Assembly (NCBI GenBank): GCA_937890765.1
Contig: CALADQ010000012.1
Coordinates: 29,043 to 61,042 of the forward strand
DNA length: 32,000 bases
Direction: 5' to 3'
From: an uncultured Candidatus Neoarthromitus sp.
GTDB taxonomy: Bacteria > Bacillota > Clostridia > Clostridiales > Clostridiaceae
Shown here: positions 9,163-19,310 of the stretch, one piece after another
Position numbering within the stretch: the first letter of the stretch is position 1
How the letters are laid out: each line of letters opens with the position of its first letter
Notes under the pieces: model-generated
Databases searched by the model: none
Told to the model about the DNA's origin: nothing
The model's input: the letters and a program-made list of their open reading frames with translations, nothing else
Made by a program: the position numbers and the translations under genes

Positions 9163-11280
9163 GTGCTAAATGTTTTAGAGACGACTTTTGAAGGTAGAAG
9201 ATTGGCTTTACAATGTGGTGAATTAGGTATGCTTTCTAACACCTCAATTTTTGTTAGTTATGGAGATACTTGTGTTCTCGTAAATGCTAATGCTTCAGAA
9301 AAACCTAGGGAAGGTATAGATTTCTTTCCTTTGAGCGTTGAATACGAAGAAAGATTATATTCTGTTGGCAAAATACCTGGTGGTTTTATTAAAAGAGAAG
9401 GTAAACCTTCAACTCAAGCAATACTTAATGGAAGAGCTATTGATAGACCTTTAAGGCCATTATTTCCTAAAGGTTATAGAAATGATGTTCAAATAGTTTG
9501 TACTGTTATGTCTGTAGAAAACGATAATTTGCCAGAAATTTTATCAATAAACGCTGCTTCGTTGGCCTTGTGTATTTCAAGTATACCATATAATGAGCCA
9601 GTTGGTGCAGTTATGGTTGGATATGTTAATGGTAAGTTTGTTGCTAACCCTACTTCAAAGCAAAGAGAAGAAACTTCTTTAAGTCTTACTGTTTGTGCAA
9701 CGAGAGAAAAAGTTATTATGATAGAAGCTGGTGGAGATGAAATACCAGAAGATATTATGTTTGATGCAATTAAATTTGGATTTGAAAAATGTCAGGAAGT
9801 TATTAAATTTCAATTAAGTGCTATTGAAAAATTTGGCAAAGAAAAAATTGTTCCTGAGCTTTACGAAGTTCCCAAATATATTGTGGATGAAGTACATAAA
9901 TTTTCTTACGATAAAATTAAAAATGTCATGTATACTACAGACAAAATTGAACGTGCTGAGATAATGGGTGATCTTAAAAATGTTATAAATGATCATTTTA
10001 CTGAAATTTATCCAGACAATATGGTAGATGTTAATCATGTTGTTTACAATATACAAAAAGACATTGTAAGAAAAATGGTTATAGATGAAAAAAGAAGACC
10101 AGATGGTAGAAATTTTGACGAGATAAGACCAATTTCATGTGGAGTTTCTATTTTACCTAGAACTCATGGAACAGGAATATTTACTAGAGGTTTAACTCAA
10201 GTTTTAACGATTGCTACTCTTGGGCCACTTGCAGATGTTCAAATAATTGATGGTATTGGTGAAGAAGAATATAAAAGATATATGCATCATTATAATTTTC
10301 CATCTTACAGTGTCGGTGAAGTTAAACCACTTAGAGGACCTGGAAGAAGAGAAATTGGGCATGGAGCACTTGCTGAAAAAGCATTAGAACCTTTAATTCC
10401 ATCAAAAGAAGATTTTCCATACACAATAAGGTTAGTTTCAGAAGTTTTGAGTTCTAATGGTTCAACATCTCAAGCATCGGTTTGTGGGAGTACACTTGCG
10501 TTATTAGATGCTGGTGTTCCAATTAAAAGACCTGCAGCGGGAATTGCTATAGGATTGTTCACTACTGATGATTTATCAAAAGAAGAAATTTTAACAGATA
10601 TTCAAGGGGTTGAAGATTTCTTTGGAGATATGGATTTCAAAGTTGCTGGTACTGAAAAAGGTATAACAGCTATACAAGTTGATACAAAAATAAAAGGATT
10701 ATCTTGGAATTGTATTGAGAAAAGTTTGGAATTAGCTAAAAAGGCACGAATGGAAATTCTTGAAAAAATTAATAAGTGTATTCCAACTCATAGAGAAGAA
10801 TTATCTGAGTTTGCTCCTAAAACTAAAGTTATAAAAATAGATCCTGAAAAAATTAGAGATGTAATAGGTATTGGTGGCAAAGTAATTAACAAAATAATTT
10901 CTGATGCTGAACTTAAGAAGCAGGCTATACATATTGAAGATGATGGAAGAATTTTTGTTTCTGATTATGATGTTAATAAAATTGATTATGCGGTTAAGCA
11001 AATAGAAATTATTACAAAAGAAATTAAAACTGGTGAAGTGTATCTTGGAAAAGTTGTTAAAATAACTAGCTTTGGTGCTTTTGTTGATATTTTTAATGGT
11101 AAAGAGGGTCTTGTTCATTTATCTAAGCTTTCTAATAAAAAAGTTGAAAAAGTTGAAAATGAAGTTTCTGTTGGTGATGAAATTTTAGTTAAAGTAATTG
11201 AAATCGATTCTCAAGGACGCATTAATTTGTCAAGAAAAGATGTTTTAGATAAAAAAGAAACGCAAGAAGATAAGGCATAG
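9163..11280 (+). CDS. pnp: Polyribonucleotide nucleotidyltransferase (PNPase)
   Basis: [55 protein letters not shown] and S1 domains ([11 protein letters not shown]; [26 protein letters not shown]). ORF track start is 9145; GTG 9163 after GGAGG (9148-9152) fits better. Confidence 0.97.
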   Translation: MLNVLETTFEGRRLALQCGELGMLSNTSIFVSYGDTCVLVNANASEKPREGIDFFPLSVEYEERLYSVGKIPGGFIKREGKPSTQAILNGRAIDRPLRPLFPKGYRNDVQIVCTVMSVENDNLPEILSINAASLALCISSIPYNEPVGAVMVGYVNGKFVANPTSKQREETSLSLTVCATREKVIMIEAGGDEIPEDIMFDAIKFGFEKCQEVIKFQLSAIEKFGKEKIVPELYEVPKYIVDEVHKFSYDKIKNVMYTTDKIERAEIMGDLKNVINDHFTEIYPDNMVDVNHVVYNIQKDIVRKMVIDEKRRPDGRNFDEIRPISCGVSILPRTHGTGIFTRGLTQVLTIATLGPLADVQIIDGIGEEEYKRYMHHYNFPSYSVGEVKPLRGPGRREIGHGALAEKALEPLIPSKEDFPYTIRLVSEVLSSNGSTSQASVCGSTLALLDAGVPIKRPAAGIAIGLFTTDDLSKEEILTDIQGVEDFFGDMDFKVAGTEKGITAIQVDTKIKGLSWNCIEKSLELAKKARMEILEKINKCIPTHREELSEFAPKTKVIKIDPEKIRDVIGIGGKVINKIISDAELKKQAIHIEDDGRIFVSDYDVNKIDYAVKQIEIITKEIKTGEVYLGKVVKITSFGAFVDIFNGKEGLVHLSKLSNKKVEKVENEVSVGDEILVKVIEIDSQGRINLSRKDVLDKKETQEDKA

Positions 11281-11307
11281 CGATAGTCTTATTTTATGTT
11301 CAAACAA

Positions 11308-11348
11308 GAGCAAGAGATAATATATCCTTGCTATTTTTTATTTTTTTA
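11308..11348 (+). terminator. Intrinsic terminator downstream of pnp
   Basis: AGCAAG-A-GATA-ATA-TATC-CTTGCT stem-loop (11308-11331) followed by ATTTTTTATTTTTTT. Confidence 0.85.
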
Positions 11349-11404
11349 TTAATTCCTTGTAATAAAAATTAAAAGTTTTAATATTTTATATTAGGAGGTA
11401 TTCG

Positions 11405-11692
11405 ATGAAAGAAAAAAATAAATTTTATAGCGATATCCGAAAATATGAAATTATAAATTTAAACGATGGAGAAAGATATGGTCCATTGTTCAATCATGAT
11501 CTAATTATTGATGAATATGGAAATTTTAAATACCTTATTATAAATGATAGAAAATCTAATGGGTTTTTCCTGACAAATACAAGAAATTCTTCGCAAATAC
11601 CATGGAACTTAATTAAAAAAATTGGTACAAAAACAATTTTAATTGATGTCGATGACTTAAATGAAAGAATAATTGATTCTTATATATATTAA
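11405..11692 (+). CDS. YlmC/YmxH family PRC-barrel-like protein (sporulation-associated)
   Basis: Short PRC-barrel-like pattern (EIINLNDGERYGPLFNHDLIIDEYGNFKYLIIN...IPWNLIKKIGTKTILIDVD) directly upstream of aspartokinase, as ymxH is upstream of dapG in Bacillus. Confidence 0.7.
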   Translation: MKEKNKFYSDIRKYEIINLNDGERYGPLFNHDLIIDEYGNFKYLIINDRKSNGFFLTNTRNSSQIPWNLIKKIGTKTILIDVDDLNERIIDSYIY

Positions 11693-11712
11693 TTTCTCGG
11701 GGTTTAAACAAT

Positions 11713-12912
11713 ATGGGATTTATTTTACAAAAATTTGGAGGGACTTCCGTACAAACTAAAAATTCAAGATTAAGTTGCATTAACAAAATAAAAAAGTGTA
11801 TTGATGATGGTCATAAATTAATAATTGTAATATCCGCTATAGGACGAAAAAATGATCCGTATTCAACAGATGGATTATTGTCTTTAGTTTCAGAAAATTT
11901 TAAAAAAAATAATTTGGTATATTTAGATAAGTTAGTTAGCTGTGGCGAAATAATTAGCTCAATAGTTTTTTCATCAGAACTTCAATCTAATAATATAAAT
12001 GCGATTCCATTAATAGGACAAGATATTGGGATACTTACAGATAACAATTTTGGAAATGCAAAAATTTTAAATATAGATACGTCGAATATTGAAGAGCTGC
12101 TTTCAAAAAATATTATTCCTATAATTGCAGGTTTTCAAGGCGTAACGAACAAAGGAGATATTACAACTCTCGGAAGAGGTGGAAGTGATATTTCAGCTGT
12201 GAAATTGGCGAGTGCATTAAAGTGCGATATGGTTGAGTTTTATAAAGATGTTGACGGGCTTATGACCGCAGACCCGAAAATTGTTTGCAACGCAAAATCG
12301 ATTGACCAAATAAGTTACGAAGAATTGTTTGAGTTGTCTGTGGATGGAAGCAACATTATACATCCTGAAGCTGTAAAAAATGCAATGGAAGATAATATTC
12401 CTATAATTATAAAAAATACGTTTAATAATTTTGAGGGAACAACAATCAATAATGGTTTGTGTCATAATGACGATTTTTTTAAAGGAATGACTTATCTCAA
12501 AGATTGTATTCAAATTAAGATATTTAAAAATGAAAATATTGAAAATGAAAATTATTATAAAGTTTTTCAAAAAATTTCTATTATGAATATAAATATAGAT
12601 TTTATAAATATTTTTGTGGACCACAAAGTTTTTACAATACACAAAAATCATTTCGATACTATAAGAGAAATTTTGAAAGATTACAATTTAAATTATAAAA
12701 TTTTCACTGAATGCTCAAAGATTAGTATTGTTAAATCAAATCTAAAAAATATTTCCATTACTATGGCTAAGCTTGTGGAGCTTCTTCATAAACAAAGTAT
12801 AGAGGTTTTGCAAACGAATCATTCCAAAATGAGCATTTGGCTTTTAGTTGAAAATGAAAAATTAGATGAGAGTTTGAACATTATTCACGATAATTTTTTT
12901 GAAACAAAATAG
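11713..12912 (+). CDS. dapG: Aspartate kinase (aspartokinase I/DapG-like)
   Basis: GFILQKFGGTSVQ, VVISAIGRKNDPYSTDGL, ITTLGRGGSDISAVKLASALKCDMVEFYKDVDGLMTADPKIV; C-terminal ACT-like region. Confidence 0.9.
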   Translation: MGFILQKFGGTSVQTKNSRLSCINKIKKCIDDGHKLIIVISAIGRKNDPYSTDGLLSLVSENFKKNNLVYLDKLVSCGEIISSIVFSSELQSNNINAIPLIGQDIGILTDNNFGNAKILNIDTSNIEELLSKNIIPIIAGFQGVTNKGDITTLGRGGSDISAVKLASALKCDMVEFYKDVDGLMTADPKIVCNAKSIDQISYEELFELSVDGSNIIHPEAVKNAMEDNIPIIIKNTFNNFEGTTINNGLCHNDDFFKGMTYLKDCIQIKIFKNENIENENYYKVFQKISIMNINIDFINIFVDHKVFTIHKNHFDTIREILKDYNLNYKIFTECSKISIVKSNLKNISITMAKLVELLHKQSIEVLQTNHSKMSIWLLVENEKLDESLNIIHDNFFETK

Positions 12913-12913
12913 A

Positions 12914-12956
12914 TTAGCAAGTTTAAAGAATGACTTGCTAATTTTTATTTTTTTTG
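12914..12956 (+). terminator. Intrinsic terminator downstream of aspartokinase gene
   Basis: TTAGCAAGT (12914-12922) / ACTTGCTAA (12933-12941) followed by TTTTTATTTTTTTT. Confidence 0.9.
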
Positions 12957-13021
12957 AATAAATTACACATTTATTTACAAACTATTAATGAATTATTTTG
13001 TCTTTGGGAAGGAGTTTAATT

Positions 13022-13792
13022 ATGTTTTATGATATGCCAAGCATTTATAAGAATGCTTTTCAATTTTTATCTTCAACTGGACAACTTGGTGATGGGAAAA
13101 TGGAAAACAATCAACCAACAGAGACAGCAAAAAATATAAAAGATTTCGGTATGATTGAAGTTGTTAATTCAAAAGACCCTGCAAATTATATACAAACTAT
13201 AAATATAATTGGGCAAATTGAAGGACATGGTGTTTCATCTCCACAAACAAAAAGTACGAAATACGAACACGTAATTCCTCAACTTATTGCAATGGAACAA
13301 AACACAAATGTAAAAGGAGTTCTTATAACTTTAAATACTCTTGGAGGAGATGTTGAAGCTGGACTAGCTATAGCTGAAATGATAAATAGTTTGAGCATGC
13401 CAACTGTTTCTTTAGTTTTAGGAGGAAGTCATTCGATTGGTGTTCCTTTAGCAACTGCATCAGATTACGCTTTTATTACGCCATCTGCAACAATGATAAT
13501 TCATCCTGTGAGAATGAATGGATTAATTATTGGTGTGCCACAAACTTTTGATTATTTTAAAAAGATGCAAGAAAGAATTACAGATTTTATTGTGAGAACA
13601 AGCAACATAAAAAAGGAAATTTTAGATGGACTTTTACAAGAAACTGGAGATTTGTTAAATGACATGGGAACAATTTTAATTGGACAAGAAGCTGTTGACT
13701 ATGGACTTATTGAAGAAGTTGGTGGAATAAATGATGCTCTAAAAAAATTAAATTCCATGATTGAAGAAAAGGAAAAAGCAGATAAAAAATAG
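13022..13792 (+). CDS. tepA: ClpP-like serine protease, TepA family (translocation-enhancing protein)
   Basis: GVLITLNTLGGDVEAGLAIAEMI, VLGGSHSIGVPLATASDYAFITPSATMIIHPVRMNGLIIGVPQTFDYFKK; located just upstream of ftsK/spoIIIE. ORF track start 12998 overlaps the GGAAGGAG Shine-Dalgarno; ATG 13022 preferred. Confidence 0.85.
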   Translation: MFYDMPSIYKNAFQFLSSTGQLGDGKMENNQPTETAKNIKDFGMIEVVNSKDPANYIQTINIIGQIEGHGVSSPQTKSTKYEHVIPQLIAMEQNTNVKGVLITLNTLGGDVEAGLAIAEMINSLSMPTVSLVLGGSHSIGVPLATASDYAFITPSATMIIHPVRMNGLIIGVPQTFDYFKKMQERITDFIVRTSNIKKEILDGLLQETGDLLNDMGTILIGQEAVDYGLIEEVGGINDALKKLNSMIEEKEKADKK

Positions 13793-13902
13793 AATAAGAA
13801 CTAAGAATACAAATTTTTATTGAAATAACAATTTATTTATGACAAAATAATTTGTAAAATTATTTGGTAATTTAAGTTCATTCGAAGAGGTTTTTTAAAA
13901 TT

Positions 13903-16185
13903 ATGAAGAATGTTAATAAGCGTAACGAAATTATAGGTGTTTTACTGATTCTCATAGCGTTTCTTTTGCTCATAGGTTTTTATTCTAATACAGAAGCATT
14001 TCTCTTGGTTTTCATAAAAAATATTGTAAAATCTGGAATAGGTTTTGGAGGATATTTCATTCCCTTTTTAGTAGGTTTCACTGGATTGGTTTTGATTTCA
14101 CAAAAACCTTTTAGGAAGTTAAATAAAAAATTTTATGGAGTGATTTGTTTTATGGTGACGGCTTATTTTATAATAAGTTTAGTCACTCTCAGCAAATATG
14201 ATAAGGAAAATTATTTTTTGTCAATTCAATCCATAATAAACACAAGTTCATCATTTCATGGTGGAATTTTCGGTTTAAGTATAACTAGAGTTATGAAAAC
14301 CATAATTGGATTTTGGGGAAGTTTGTTTTCTTTAATTGCTGTAAATATAATCAGCATAATTGTAATTTTTGATAAATCAATTTATGATTTGGCAAAAATT
14401 TTTAAAAAAAAAGTGAGTAATGTAGTAAAAAAAAGGAATTACACTAAAGATAAATTGCCTTATGATGATAATGTTAAACAATCAAATCAAATTCTTTCTA
14501 TGGAAAGAAAGAAGAAGAGCAATACTTCAATAGTTAAATTTTTATCTAAATCTCTTTCATTGGACGAGCCTCAAGAGATTTTTGACGATGAAAAAAATGT
14601 TAATCCTGTTAAAGATAATGATGAACAAAAAATTTTTGAAACTCAAAATGATTTTGATGAAGATGAAGATGTAAGTTTAGATTTAGATAAAGCTATTGAA
14701 GAAATTGAAGAAAAGTTTTGTTTGCCCAAAAATGAAGAATACGAAGTGTGCGACACTAATGAAAATGAAGAAATTGATATTGATTATTTAGAGGAAACTG
14801 AAAAAAATGATTCGTCAGAAATTATTGACGAGTTGCAACGAAAACGCGATGCTTTACAGACAGTTCTTGATAATTTTAAAGTTAAGGCAACTATCACAAA
14901 TGTTGAAAGAGGGCCAGCTATTACTCGATATGAACTTGAACCTGATAAAGGAGTTAAGGTTAGCAAAATTTTAAATTTATCTGACGACATAGCGTTAGCT
15001 CTTGCAACTAACGGAATAAGAATAGAAGCTCCTATTCCTGGAAAATCACGAATTGGTATTGAAGTTCCTAATGATGTTGTTTCCACTATAAAACTTAAAG
15101 AAATTATTCAATCAGAAGAATTTGATTCTTCAAAACACAAAATCAGTATAGCTTTAGGAAGAGATATAAGTGGAAAAAGTGTTGTTACAGATTTGGCGAC
15201 TATGCCACATTTGCTTATTGCTGGTGCTACTGGGTCAGGAAAGTCTGTTTGCATTAACACTATTTTATTTAGCATTTTGTTTAAGTATACGGATACTCAA
15301 GTTAAACTAATTTTAATAGACCCTAAGGTCGTTGAATTAAATGTTTATAATGGAATTCCACATTTGTTAATTCCAGTTGTAACAGATCCTAAAAAAGCTT
15401 CAAGTGCTTTGAATTGGGCGATTGTTGAAATGACAAAACGATATAATAAATTTGCCGAAAGAGGCGTTAGAAACATAGATAGTTACAATGAGCTTTTTAA
15501 GAAAAAACAAATTGATGAAAAGCTTCCGTACATAGTTATAATAATTGACGAGTTGGCTGACCTTATGATGGTTTGTCATAACGAAGTTGAAGATTCTGTT
15601 GCAAGACTTGCACAAATGGCAAGAGCAGCAGGCATGCATCTTATAATAGCAACTCAACGCCCTTCTGTTGACGTAATAACAGGAGTTATTAAAGCAAATA
15701 TACCTTCAAGAATTTCATTTTCTGTTTCAAGCTCTGTTGATTCGAGAACAATTTTAGATCAGTCAGGCGCAGAAAAACTTCTTGGAAAGGGTGATATGCT
15801 TTTTTATCCAATGGGATATTTAAAACCTCAACGAATTCAAGGTGCGTTTATTTCAGAATTTGAAGTTGAAAAATTTGTTAATCAAATTAAAAAGAAATAT
15901 AAATCTAAAACAAATTATAATGAAGAAATAATTGAGCATATAAACAATTCCACTTCAAAATCAAGTGGAGCTAGCTTTAATGATGATGAGCTTATTGATG
16001 AAGCGATAAATGTTATTTTGGAAAACAACAATGCTACAATTTCAATTTTGCAAAGAAAATTAAAAATAGGATACAACAGAGCGGCAAGCATTATTGAAGA
16101 ACTTGAAAGGCGTGGGATAATTGGCGTTAAAGGCTCTTCAAAAAAAGAAATTTTAATAGATAGAAACGACTTAGATAATTATTAA
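13903..16185 (+). CDS. ftsK: FtsK/SpoIIIE family DNA translocase
   Basis: N-terminal TM segments, acidic linker, Walker A LIAGATGSGKSVCIN, IVIIIDELADLMM, IIATQRPSVDVITGVIKANIPSRISF, C-terminal gamma winged helix. Confidence 0.97.
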   Translation: MKNVNKRNEIIGVLLILIAFLLLIGFYSNTEAFLLVFIKNIVKSGIGFGGYFIPFLVGFTGLVLISQKPFRKLNKKFYGVICFMVTAYFIISLVTLSKYDKENYFLSIQSIINTSSSFHGGIFGLSITRVMKTIIGFWGSLFSLIAVNIISIIVIFDKSIYDLAKIFKKKVSNVVKKRNYTKDKLPYDDNVKQSNQILSMERKKKSNTSIVKFLSKSLSLDEPQEIFDDEKNVNPVKDNDEQKIFETQNDFDEDEDVSLDLDKAIEEIEEKFCLPKNEEYEVCDTNENEEIDIDYLEETEKNDSSEIIDELQRKRDALQTVLDNFKVKATITNVERGPAITRYELEPDKGVKVSKILNLSDDIALALATNGIRIEAPIPGKSRIGIEVPNDVVSTIKLKEIIQSEEFDSSKHKISIALGRDISGKSVVTDLATMPHLLIAGATGSGKSVCINTILFSILFKYTDTQVKLILIDPKVVELNVYNGIPHLLIPVVTDPKKASSALNWAIVEMTKRYNKFAERGVRNIDSYNELFKKKQIDEKLPYIVIIIDELADLMMVCHNEVEDSVARLAQMARAAGMHLIIATQRPSVDVITGVIKANIPSRISFSVSSSVDSRTILDQSGAEKLLGKGDMLFYPMGYLKPQRIQGAFISEFEVEKFVNQIKKKYKSKTNYNEEIIEHINNSTSKSSGASFNDDELIDEAINVILENNNATISILQRKLKIGYNRAASIIEELERRGIIGVKGSSKKEILIDRNDLDNY

Positions 16186-16204
16186 TAGTGAGGATTTTAA
16201 AAAA

Positions 16205-17521
16205 GTGAATAAATTGAAATTAGGCGTTATTAGCCTTGGTTGTGATAAAAATACAATTGATACAGAAATGTTTTTGGGAAGTTTAGTAGATAAATTTGAA
16301 TTGACGATAAATGAAAAAGAAGCAGATGTATTAATAATAAACACCTGCTCTTTCATTGAATCAGCAAAACAAGAATCCATTGATACGATTTTGGAAATAG
16401 CTCAATACAAAAAAAATAATTTGAAAGCTTTGGTTGTTACTGGGTGTTTGTCAAAAAGATATGGAAAAGATTTGTTTGAGTCTATGCCCGAAATTGATAT
16501 AATTCTTGGAGTTATGAATTATGAAAAGTTGTACGAACATATACAAAACTTTTTGTCAAATGGAAAACGAATTATTGATAACGAAAATACGGAAAATAAA
16601 ATATTTGAAAACACGCGAATACTTACAACGCCAAAACATTATGGGTATTTAAAAATTTCTGAAGGATGCAATAATAATTGTACTTTTTGCATAATTCCAA
16701 AAATCAGAGGACGTCATGTTAGTCGTTCTATGGAAAGTCTTATAAATGAAGCAAAAATTTTATCGAAGCAAGGAATCAAAGAACTTATATTAATCGCTCA
16801 AGATATTACAAAATACGGTTTGGATTTATACGGTGAAAAAAAATTGGTTCATTTAATTCAAGAGCTTTCAAAAATAAATGAAATTAAATGGATAAGACTT
16901 CATTATGCTTATCCTGAAGATATAAGTGATGAATTAATTCAAGAGTTAAAACAAAATCCCAAACTTTGTAAATACATAGACATACCTCTTCAACATGTTA
17001 GCGATAGCATTTTAAAAAGAATGGCTCGTCACACTAGAAAAAATAAAATCTATTCTTTAATTAACAAACTTAGAGAAGTTGAAAACATTGTAATAAGAAC
17101 TTCTTTAATCGTTGGCTTTCCTGGAGAGACTGAAGATGATTTTGAAATGCTTTGCGATTTTATAAAACAAGGTAACATTGATAACATAGGAGTTTTTACA
17201 TATTCTCAAGAAGAAGATACAGTTGCGTCAACCCTCGATGGACAAATTGACGAAAATACAAAAACTAAAAGGCGCAATACCATAATGGAGATTCAACAAA
17301 AAGTTTCTAGAAAACTTTTAGAAAACAAAATATCTCAAACTTTTGAAGCTGTAATAGATTCTAAAAATGACGAATTTTATGTCGGACGATTAAATTTTCA
17401 GAGTCCTGGAATTGATGGTATAATTTATATAAAATCTAGTCATAATCTCAATGTGGGTGAATTTGTTAAAGTTAAAATCACTTCGTGTTTGGATTATGAT
17501 TTCATAGGAGAGATTGTTTGA
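16205..17521 (+). CDS. rimO: Ribosomal protein S12 methylthiotransferase RimO
   Basis: SLGCDKNTIDTEMFLG, radical [46 protein letters not shown]-terminal TRAM domain. Paralogous to miaB at 29434-30768, but the LGCDKN/IPKIRG motifs are RimO-like. Confidence 0.95.
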   Translation: MNKLKLGVISLGCDKNTIDTEMFLGSLVDKFELTINEKEADVLIINTCSFIESAKQESIDTILEIAQYKKNNLKALVVTGCLSKRYGKDLFESMPEIDIILGVMNYEKLYEHIQNFLSNGKRIIDNENTENKIFENTRILTTPKHYGYLKISEGCNNNCTFCIIPKIRGRHVSRSMESLINEAKILSKQGIKELILIAQDITKYGLDLYGEKKLVHLIQELSKINEIKWIRLHYAYPEDISDELIQELKQNPKLCKYIDIPLQHVSDSILKRMARHTRKNKIYSLINKLREVENIVIRTSLIVGFPGETEDDFEMLCDFIKQGNIDNIGVFTYSQEEDTVASTLDGQIDENTKTKRRNTIMEIQQKVSRKLLENKISQTFEAVIDSKNDEFYVGRLNFQSPGIDGIIYIKSSHNLNVGEFVKVKITSCLDYDFIGEIV

Positions 17522-18087
17522 TGAATTTGCCTAATAAGTTAACTGTGTTTAGAATTTTTTTAATACCTGTATTTTTAATTCTAATAAACATTCCAACTAA
17601 AGTTGGAATATTAGGTGCGTTATTTGTTTTTATCGTTGCATCTTTAACAGATCAACTAGATGGATACATAGCAAGAAAATATAATTTAATAACTAATTTT
17701 GGAAAATTAATGGATCCATTAGCTGATAAACTTTTAGTTTCTGCTGCTTTTATATTTTTCGTTGAATTCGGATTAGTAGATTCATTTTTAGTTATAATTA
17801 TTATTTCAAGAGAATTTATTGTTACAGGAATTAGGCTCGTGTTAGCTGAAAGTGGTGAAGTAGTAGCAGCCAACTTTTACGGCAAGATGAAAACCGTTTT
17901 TCAAATTGTATCAGTTATATTTTTGAATTTAAAATTTTACAATAAGATGATTGGGATTCCAGACCCGTATGGTTTAGTAATTGGTATGATTGGTGATTTT
18001 ACATTTTATATTTGTGTAATTCTTACCATTATATCTGGTTTAGATTACGTAATGAAAAATATTAAAGGTTTAAGGGAGGTATTGTAA
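17521..18087 (+). CDS. pgsA: CDP-diacylglycerol-glycerol-3-phosphate 3-phosphatidyltransferase
   Basis: NLPNKLTVFRIFLIPVF and CDP-alcohol phosphotransferase signature DQLDGYIARKYNLITNFGKLMDPLADKLL. ORF track start TTG 17518; ATG 17521 is the likely start. Confidence 0.95.
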   Translation: MNLPNKLTVFRIFLIPVFLILINIPTKVGILGALFVFIVASLTDQLDGYIARKYNLITNFGKLMDPLADKLLVSAAFIFFVEFGLVDSFLVIIIISREFIVTGIRLVLAESGEVVAANFYGKMKTVFQIVSVIFLNLKFYNKMIGIPDPYGLVIGMIGDFTFYICVILTIISGLDYVMKNIKGLREVL

Positions 18088-18092
18088 TTTAA

Positions 18093-19142
18093 ATGGACTT
18101 AGATAAAATAAAAGCTATTGAAATGGCAATGAGTCAAATTGAAAAACAGTATGGAAAAGGCTCTATAATGAAGTTGGGCGAACAAAAATCATTTAATTTA
18201 GAGAGCGTTTCCACTGGATGTCTGGATTTAGATATAGCTCTTGGAATTGGAGGACTTCCAAAAGGAAGAATAATAGAAATTTATGGCCCTGAATCTTCTG
18301 GAAAAACTACTGTTGCACTTCATGTTATTGCTGAGGCACAAAAAAAAGGTGGAGCAGCAGCGTTTATAGATGCAGAACATGCACTTGATCCAAGTTATGC
18401 TAAAAATTTAGGAGTTGACGTAGAAAATTTAATTATTTCTCAGCCTGACAATGGTGAGCAAGCTCTTGAAATATCTGAGGCTTTGGTACGTTCTGGTGCA
18501 ATAGATGTAATTGTAATTGATTCCGTTGCCGCTCTAGTTCCTAGAGCTGAAATTGAAGGAGAAATGGGTGATTCTCATGTCGGTCTTCAAGCGAGATTAA
18601 TGTCACAAGCTTTAAGAAAATTAGCTGGACATATAAACAAATCAAAATGCGTTGCTATATTCATAAATCAACTTAGGGAAAAAGTAGGGGTAATGTTTGG
18701 TAATCCTGAAACTACCCCAGGTGGTAGAGCTTTAAAATTTTATGCTTCTGTGAGACTTGATGTAAGAAGAATTGACTCTATAAAACAAGGTGATGAAATA
18801 GTAGGTAATAGAACCAGAGTAAAAATTATGAAAAATAAAGTTGCACCTCCATTTAGATTATCTGAATTTGACATTATATACAATAAGGGTATATCTAAAG
18901 AAGGAAGTTTATTGGATTTAGCGGTTAAAGAAAACATAATTCAAAAAAGCGGTTCTTGGTTTTCTTATAATAACGAAAAACTTGGACAAGGTAGAGAAAA
19001 TGCGAAGCAATTTTTGGCAGATAACCAAGAAATTTTAAATGAAATTGAAAAAATAATTTTAGAAAAATATAGCATATTGAATTATGATAAAGCAATTGAT
19101 AATAATGTTAATAATGATTCTATTAACGAAATAAAATCTTAA
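18093..19142 (+). CDS. recA: Recombinase RecA
   Basis: [77 protein letters not shown]. Confidence 0.99.
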   Translation: MDLDKIKAIEMAMSQIEKQYGKGSIMKLGEQKSFNLESVSTGCLDLDIALGIGGLPKGRIIEIYGPESSGKTTVALHVIAEAQKKGGAAAFIDAEHALDPSYAKNLGVDVENLIISQPDNGEQALEISEALVRSGAIDVIVIDSVAALVPRAEIEGEMGDSHVGLQARLMSQALRKLAGHINKSKCVAIFINQLREKVGVMFGNPETTPGGRALKFYASVRLDVRRIDSIKQGDEIVGNRTRVKIMKNKVAPPFRLSEFDIIYNKGISKEGSLLDLAVKENIIQKSGSWFSYNNEKLGQGRENAKQFLADNQEILNEIEKIILEKYSILNYDKAIDNNVNNDSINEIKS

Positions 19143-19164
19143 AATTTATAATATTTTCTTATAA

Positions 19165-19193
19165 TTGACATTAAGTAAAATTTAATATAAAAT
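19165..19193 (+). promoter_or_regulatory. Predicted promoter upstream of rny: TTGACA (19165-19170), N17, TAAAAT (19188-19193; overlapping TATAAA)
   Basis: Consensus -35 with AT-rich -10 at correct spacing in the recA-rny intergenic region. Confidence 0.65.
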
Positions 19194-19259
19194 TATAGTG
19201 ATACTGGTTAATAAAAAAATAAAATTAAAATGTTTTCAGTAAGAATAAAATATGGCACC

Positions 19260-19301
19260 AACACGCCCTTTATAAATTAATTTTAAAGGCAAGGAGGTGT
19301 T
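19260..19301 (+). promoter_or_regulatory. Candidate leader structure surrounding the rny Shine-Dalgarno
   Basis: AACAC (19260-19264)/GTGTT (19297-19301) enclosing GCCCTTTA (19265-19272)/TAAAGGC (19284-19290) and AAA/TTT (19274-19276/19281-19283). AAGGAG of the SD lies in the asymmetric internal loop. Confidence 0.45.
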
Positions 19302-19310
19302 ATAAGAAAA

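Noticed and set aside
9814-11118. - strand ORFs opposite pnp (80 and 105 aa)
   Set aside because: Asn/Phe/Ile-rich antisense translations of PNPase codons; no initiation signals or homology cues.
11281-11404. Possible lysine riboswitch (L box) upstream of the aspartokinase pair
   Set aside because: Only about 125 nt, mostly the pnp terminator and AT-rich DNA. No conserved L-box elements and too short for the aptamer.
12217-12651. 144-aa - strand ORF opposite aspartokinase gene
   Set aside because: Longest of the antisense ORFs in this region but low complexity (Ile/Phe/Asn) and fully overlapped by the ACT-containing kinase ORF.
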